Shown here in pieces: positions 28,580-32,000 of a DNA stretch of 32,000 nt. This DNA is from Candidatus Saccharimonadota bacterium (GTDB lineage: Bacteria > Patescibacteriota > Gracilibacteria > BD1-5 > UBA6164). The notes beneath the pieces were generated by a model. That model saw nothing but the letters and a program-made list of their open reading frames with translations, made no database searches and was not told the origin of the DNA. Both the position numbers and the translations under genes were made by a program. Within the stretch, counting starts at the first letter, position 1. Each line of letters opens with the position of its first letter. The stretch covers positions 210,001-242,000 of the forward strand of contig OZ245922.1 in NCBI GenBank assembly GCA_965229705.1, in the 5' to 3' direction.

Positions 28580-29104
28580 TTAGTAATAGAATTGTTGTAG
28601 GTCAAAGTTGGGATTTACTTTTTGATATACTCGATTAACTCAAAGTTGTTGTTCATGATATACTTTAGAGAGTACGTTTACTCATGAATCAAATCATAGT
28701 ATGGTATCTTTAAAATATGTAAGTCCTACATCATATCCGATACAAGTTGGTGTTCATAAGCTGTGTAAAATTTTTTGTTCACCACAAAATCATCAGAATC
28801 ATTCTCTAAATTTATATCGTTTCTTTCTCGGAAGTCAGCTGAGTATTTCTATCACCTGTCTTGTGTATTTTGTCATTTCTGATTCAAGGATTATAAAATC
28901 TGGTGTTATATGTAGGGTAGGCCTATCGAGCGTTACCTGATTATTCATATTAACAATCTCTATAATTCAAAGAGTATCTTCAGATAATTTTTTTGGAGTT
29001 GCACTCCAATCTATATTTACAGGTACAATATCTGTTGCCTCCTGGCTTTCAGGGTGTACATCATCTATAAATAAAAGTTTGGGAATATCTTTGAAATACT
29101 TCAT
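28580..29104 (-). CDS. Hypothetical protein (174 aa from the first ATG), possibly 5'-truncated
   Basis: The frame is open across 10 TGA codons (counted from the first ATG) to TAA 28582-28580. Sequence from the ATG: MKYFKDIPKLLFIDDVHPES...ILESEMTKY...PTCIGYDVGLTYF.... The same frame stays open for 56 more codons upstream, to a TAA at 29275-29273, with no ATG, GTG or TTG (…YYGTLIEAGHFYAKEGFSKESSESWDIA-M). I recognise no family. Confidence 0.4.
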
Positions 29105-29466
29105 TGCTATGTCCCATGATTCCGAAGATTCTTTTGAAAAACCTTCTTTGGCATAAAAATGCCCTGCTTCTATTAACGTCCCATAATAAAAAATGGTAAA
29201 AAAATAAAAAAAGCTACTTTCTTTGGTAAGAGAAAATAGCTTTTTGTGATTTATATAGAGATTATTTTTGAATTATATATATACCAAAAGAAACCATCTT
29301 CTCTTGCAGAAGATTGCGTCTATTTTGTCTAGATGATGTATATATGTAAGTCATAATTCTAGCTAGTTACTAAATAAACATATAAATATTAAAGTAAAAA
29401 TCAATTTTTTTTTAGATTTTCACCTAAGATATTTACTTTACTTTTAAAAGTGTTACAATATTTACT

Positions 29467-30012
29467 ATGAAGCACAAAAATATATTACTTTTAGACATAA
29501 ACGATACTCTTGATGATGGTCGAACAACGGAAGAGTTAGAGTCTTGAGCTTTTGATGATTTTTTTATACGAGGTAAAAGACATATCCCAGGAGTTGCTAT
29601 TCCAAAGGAGTGAATAGAGCGATTTTGAGACTTTTTAAGAGAATACCATGATAGGATTATTCCTATTTTTTGGACGGCAGTTTGAGTTCGCAGCCAAGAA
29701 AGATTTGTGCATGAAGTCTTGAAAGCTCCTGTATACGCTTTTTCAACAGATTTTAAAGCAGGAGTTTGAGAGTTACTTGTTCCATGAAAACCAAAGTTCT
29801 ACTCCGAGTCTGTTGCAGGAGGAAATGGTGGCTCGAAAAGTGCAGCACTTCCAAAGGTCTTTTCACGCTTTGGAGAATGAATAAATACTATATGGTTTGA
29901 AGATTGTAGGAATAATAGCTCTTTTTCTGAAGATAACATACATGGGATTGGTATAAAGAGATTTGAATCTCTTGTATCAAAAATAGAAGAAATAAAAAAT
30001 CTGCTTGTATAA
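29467..30012 (+). CDS. HAD-superfamily-like hypothetical protein
   Basis: 181 aa. MKHKNILLLDINDTL resembles HAD motif I, but reads D-x-N-x-T. Other HAD-like motifs: IIPIFWTA (motif II-like Thr), GGSKSAALPK (Lys), IWFEDCRNN (acidic motif IV-like). TAA stop at 30010-30012, inside the terminator hairpin. Confidence 0.5.
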
Positions 30013-30024
30013 GCAGATTTTTTG
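29994..30024. terminator. Bidirectional rho-independent terminator between convergent genes
   Basis: AAAAAA-AATCTGCTT-GTAT-AAGCAGATT-TTTTT is a perfect 9-bp stem flanked by an A-run and a T-run. It lies between the stops at 30012 (+) and 30040 (-). Confidence 0.8.
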
Positions 30025-30039
30025 TAATATTCAGAAAAA

Positions 30040-31008
30040 TTATTTCATCAGATCACTTCCTGCAATGAGTTTGTCTCCCTTTGAGAGAGACCTTCCCTCA
30101 AGATCTTCATTGAGGTAAATAACCTTTGAGTTTCCATCACCGCCAACATTTCCGAGCGTCTCAATTCGTGAAGAATCAAGAAGGAACTGAAGGACTTTTT
30201 CAGCGTTAAGAGAATCATCAGTTTGTTTAATCATATCAACAGCATCTTTAAATCCTTCTGCAATCTTTGTTCGTTGCCCTGCCATACCTTCTCAGAGAAG
30301 TATTTTTGATTCTTTTTCGGCTTCTGCTTGTTTTACCTGCATGATCTTCTCAGCCTCTCACTGGTTCATTGCTGCCTCCTTGAGTTTTTGCGTTTCTACT
30401 ACCTTATTCATGGCTTCCATAACGGTATTTTGGAGTTTTACATCACGCACTTGAATAGAGTCGAGCTTATATCCAAAACCTGCAAGTCTCGCCCTCAATC
30501 TCTCTTCTATCTCACTTCATATTTCTTCCCGTTTTGCAAATATCTGCTTATGCGTAAACGATACGATCATTCCACGAAGTTGTTCATCTATCGTAGACTT
30601 CATCATCGTGCGCGGGTCATCAATAGAGTAGACAGACTTATAAATAGTTCCTGCTTGCGTATTATCACTATCATCTTCGACATAGTAGATAACATTGAGA
30701 CCAATATAGGCAGTAACATTGTCACTTGTTACCCCCTCGACCTCAACAGGGAAGTTTCTTCTGTAGAGCACCTGATTACGAGTTGTTTCCAAAAAAGGAA
30801 TAATAAAGTTGAGTCCTTGCCTCAGGATACGATCAAACTTTCCAAGAAACTCAACGGTACGCACCGTATTTGGAGAAACAATACGAACAGATAGGGCAAT
30901 CAGTATAAGGTCTATAACAATACCTGTATACAATCCACTGAGACCTCATGCTGATAGAGCTATAAGAGGGATAATAATAATCAAAGCAGGAACAATAAAT
31001 CGAAGCAT
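30040..31008 (-). CDS. SPFH/band-7 (stomatin/prohibitin-like) membrane protein
   Basis: 322 aa. MLRFIVPALIIIIPLIALSA-G-GLS is a TM anchor, then IVSPNTVRTVEFLGKFDRILRQGLNFIIPF...YYVEDD...IDEQLRGMIVSFTHKQIF...DSIQVRDVKL is the SPFH core, followed by an A/E/K-rich coiled coil. Four in-frame TGA. TAA stop at 30042-30040. The M of track ORF 30517-30933 is an internal TTG. Confidence 0.85.
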
Positions 31009-31175
31009 AAATTTATGGAGTTAAAAATGTAAGATACACAGGAAAGTATATAAAAATTTTATGCAAAATAAAAAATATTTTTATACTCCACACACTAAAG
31101 ATATGTCATATAACTTACACATATACTATGAAGTACCTTTTTCATTTCATTATTTTTCTTTGATGTCTTTGCAGT

Positions 31176-32000
31176 ATGAGTCATACATTCGCTCTCCAAC
31201 AAGACCCAGACTATATATTTGTATCTGAAGAAACAAATGGTGAGAAAACACAGCTCATAGTTCCAGAAGATATTGACTGGACACAAAGGTTTATCCTCAC
31301 AGAAATGAAAGAACTCAGAGGAGACATCATAGGATACAAGAAAGAAATCGAATCAATGTTGCATCAAAAAGAACTTGCACTCGTAGACAGAGCACTTTCC
31401 TATAGTGCAAACACGGTAAATTTCTTTTTTGTGGTACTTACTATTGCCATTATGGCTATCTGACTATTTGGGTGGAAGACCGTTCGTGACCTCAAAGAAA
31501 ATCTTTCTATCAGATTTGAAAAAGAGGTGGAGAAACGCATAGGTGCGGAACAAAAAAAGCTTGAAGCATTTATGCTCAAATTTGAAGACGACCAACTCAA
31601 ACAGTCACAAGCTATCCTTGAAAATCAGGCATTTCTCCAAAAAAAACAAGAGGCAGCATATTATTGGAGTCAGTATAATAGAGAAGAAAACTCCGCGCAA
31701 AAAATCGACCTGCTTGAGAGTATTTCTTCGATTGGTATCCAAGAAGATGAGATACTCATTTTGATAGAAAAATCCTCTATTTATATAGAACTAGAGCTTT
31801 GGGAAAAAGCTCTTGAATCCTCAGAAAAAGGTCTGGAAATATCATCAGAAAACACGGCTCTACTATATACAAAAGCAAAATCCTTGATGATGTTGGAAAA
31901 CACAGAAGATGCCCGTACAGTACTGATAAATATTCTGTGACTCAACCCAGCTATGAAGCAGGAAATTATAGAAGATGAGTTATTTCATCCTCTTATTCCA
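31176..32000 (+). CDS. Hypothetical membrane protein with coiled-coil and TPR-like C-terminal region, 3' end outside the window
   Basis: ATG at 31176. TM segment FFFVVLTIAIMAI-G(TGA)-LFGW, followed by helical EKEVEKRIGAEQKKLEAFMLKFEDDQLKQ... and TPR-like IELELWEKALESSEKGLEI...LLYTKAKSLMMLENTEDA. The frame is still open at 32000. Confidence 0.6.

Noticed and set aside
1-32000. UGA read as tryptophan (table 4, Mollicutes-type), or UGA as selenocysteine or programmed readthrough
   Set aside because: In-frame TGA codons coincide with invariant glycines of P-loops and other motifs (GxxGxGKT and similar), and TGG is still used at conserved Trp positions. TGA occurs far too often (19 times in one gene) and without SECIS-like context for selenocysteine.
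1-32000. CRISPR arrays, rRNA genes, canonical tRNAs, transposases or integrases
   Set aside because: I saw no regularly spaced direct repeats, no rRNA-like conserved blocks and no cloverleaf-compatible segment other than the tmRNA tRNA-like domain. No DDE or tyrosine/serine recombinase motifs appear in any frame under table 25.

Overview
AT-rich bacterial chromosomal window that only makes sense if UGA is read as glycine (translation table 25, as in Candidatus Gracilibacteria / Absconditabacteria-SR1). The supplied standard-code ORF track is broken at TGA. Joining fragments across TGA, but never across TAA or TAG, gives about 27 intact genes, every one ending in TAA or TAG. In order: uvrB (5' partial), tmRNA, an MmeI-like single-chain restriction-modification gene bracketed by ~68-bp imperfect direct repeats, a 95-aa protein with an SSB-type DLPF tail, an RRM RNA-binding protein, a cNMP-binding+GAF protein start/stop-overlapped with pilT, a DUF4012-like envelope protein, murE-like ligase, dnaX, a PriA cut to its N-terminal half, clpP, a small membrane protein, gltX, a zinc-ribbon / membrane-anchor / secreted transglutaminase-like trio, a GC-rich structured intergenic segment (candidate ncRNA, class unresolved), a 1050-aa UvrD-type helicase fused to a PD-(D/E)xK nuclease, folA, pcrA, ddl, an Asp/Glu racemase, two hypotheticals, an SPFH/band-7 protein and a partial TM/TPR-like protein. 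I saw no rRNA, canonical tRNA, CRISPR array, transposase or integrase. Main second-look items are the recoding itself, the unclassified structured RNA at ~20.1-20.5 kb, short CTCTC/GAGAG hairpin repeats sitting in-frame inside pcrA, the ssrA-adjacent RM islet, the truncated PriA, the SSB-tail mini-protein and the pilT-cNMP/GAF coupling. All translations and coordinates were worked out by hand, and no database search was possible.
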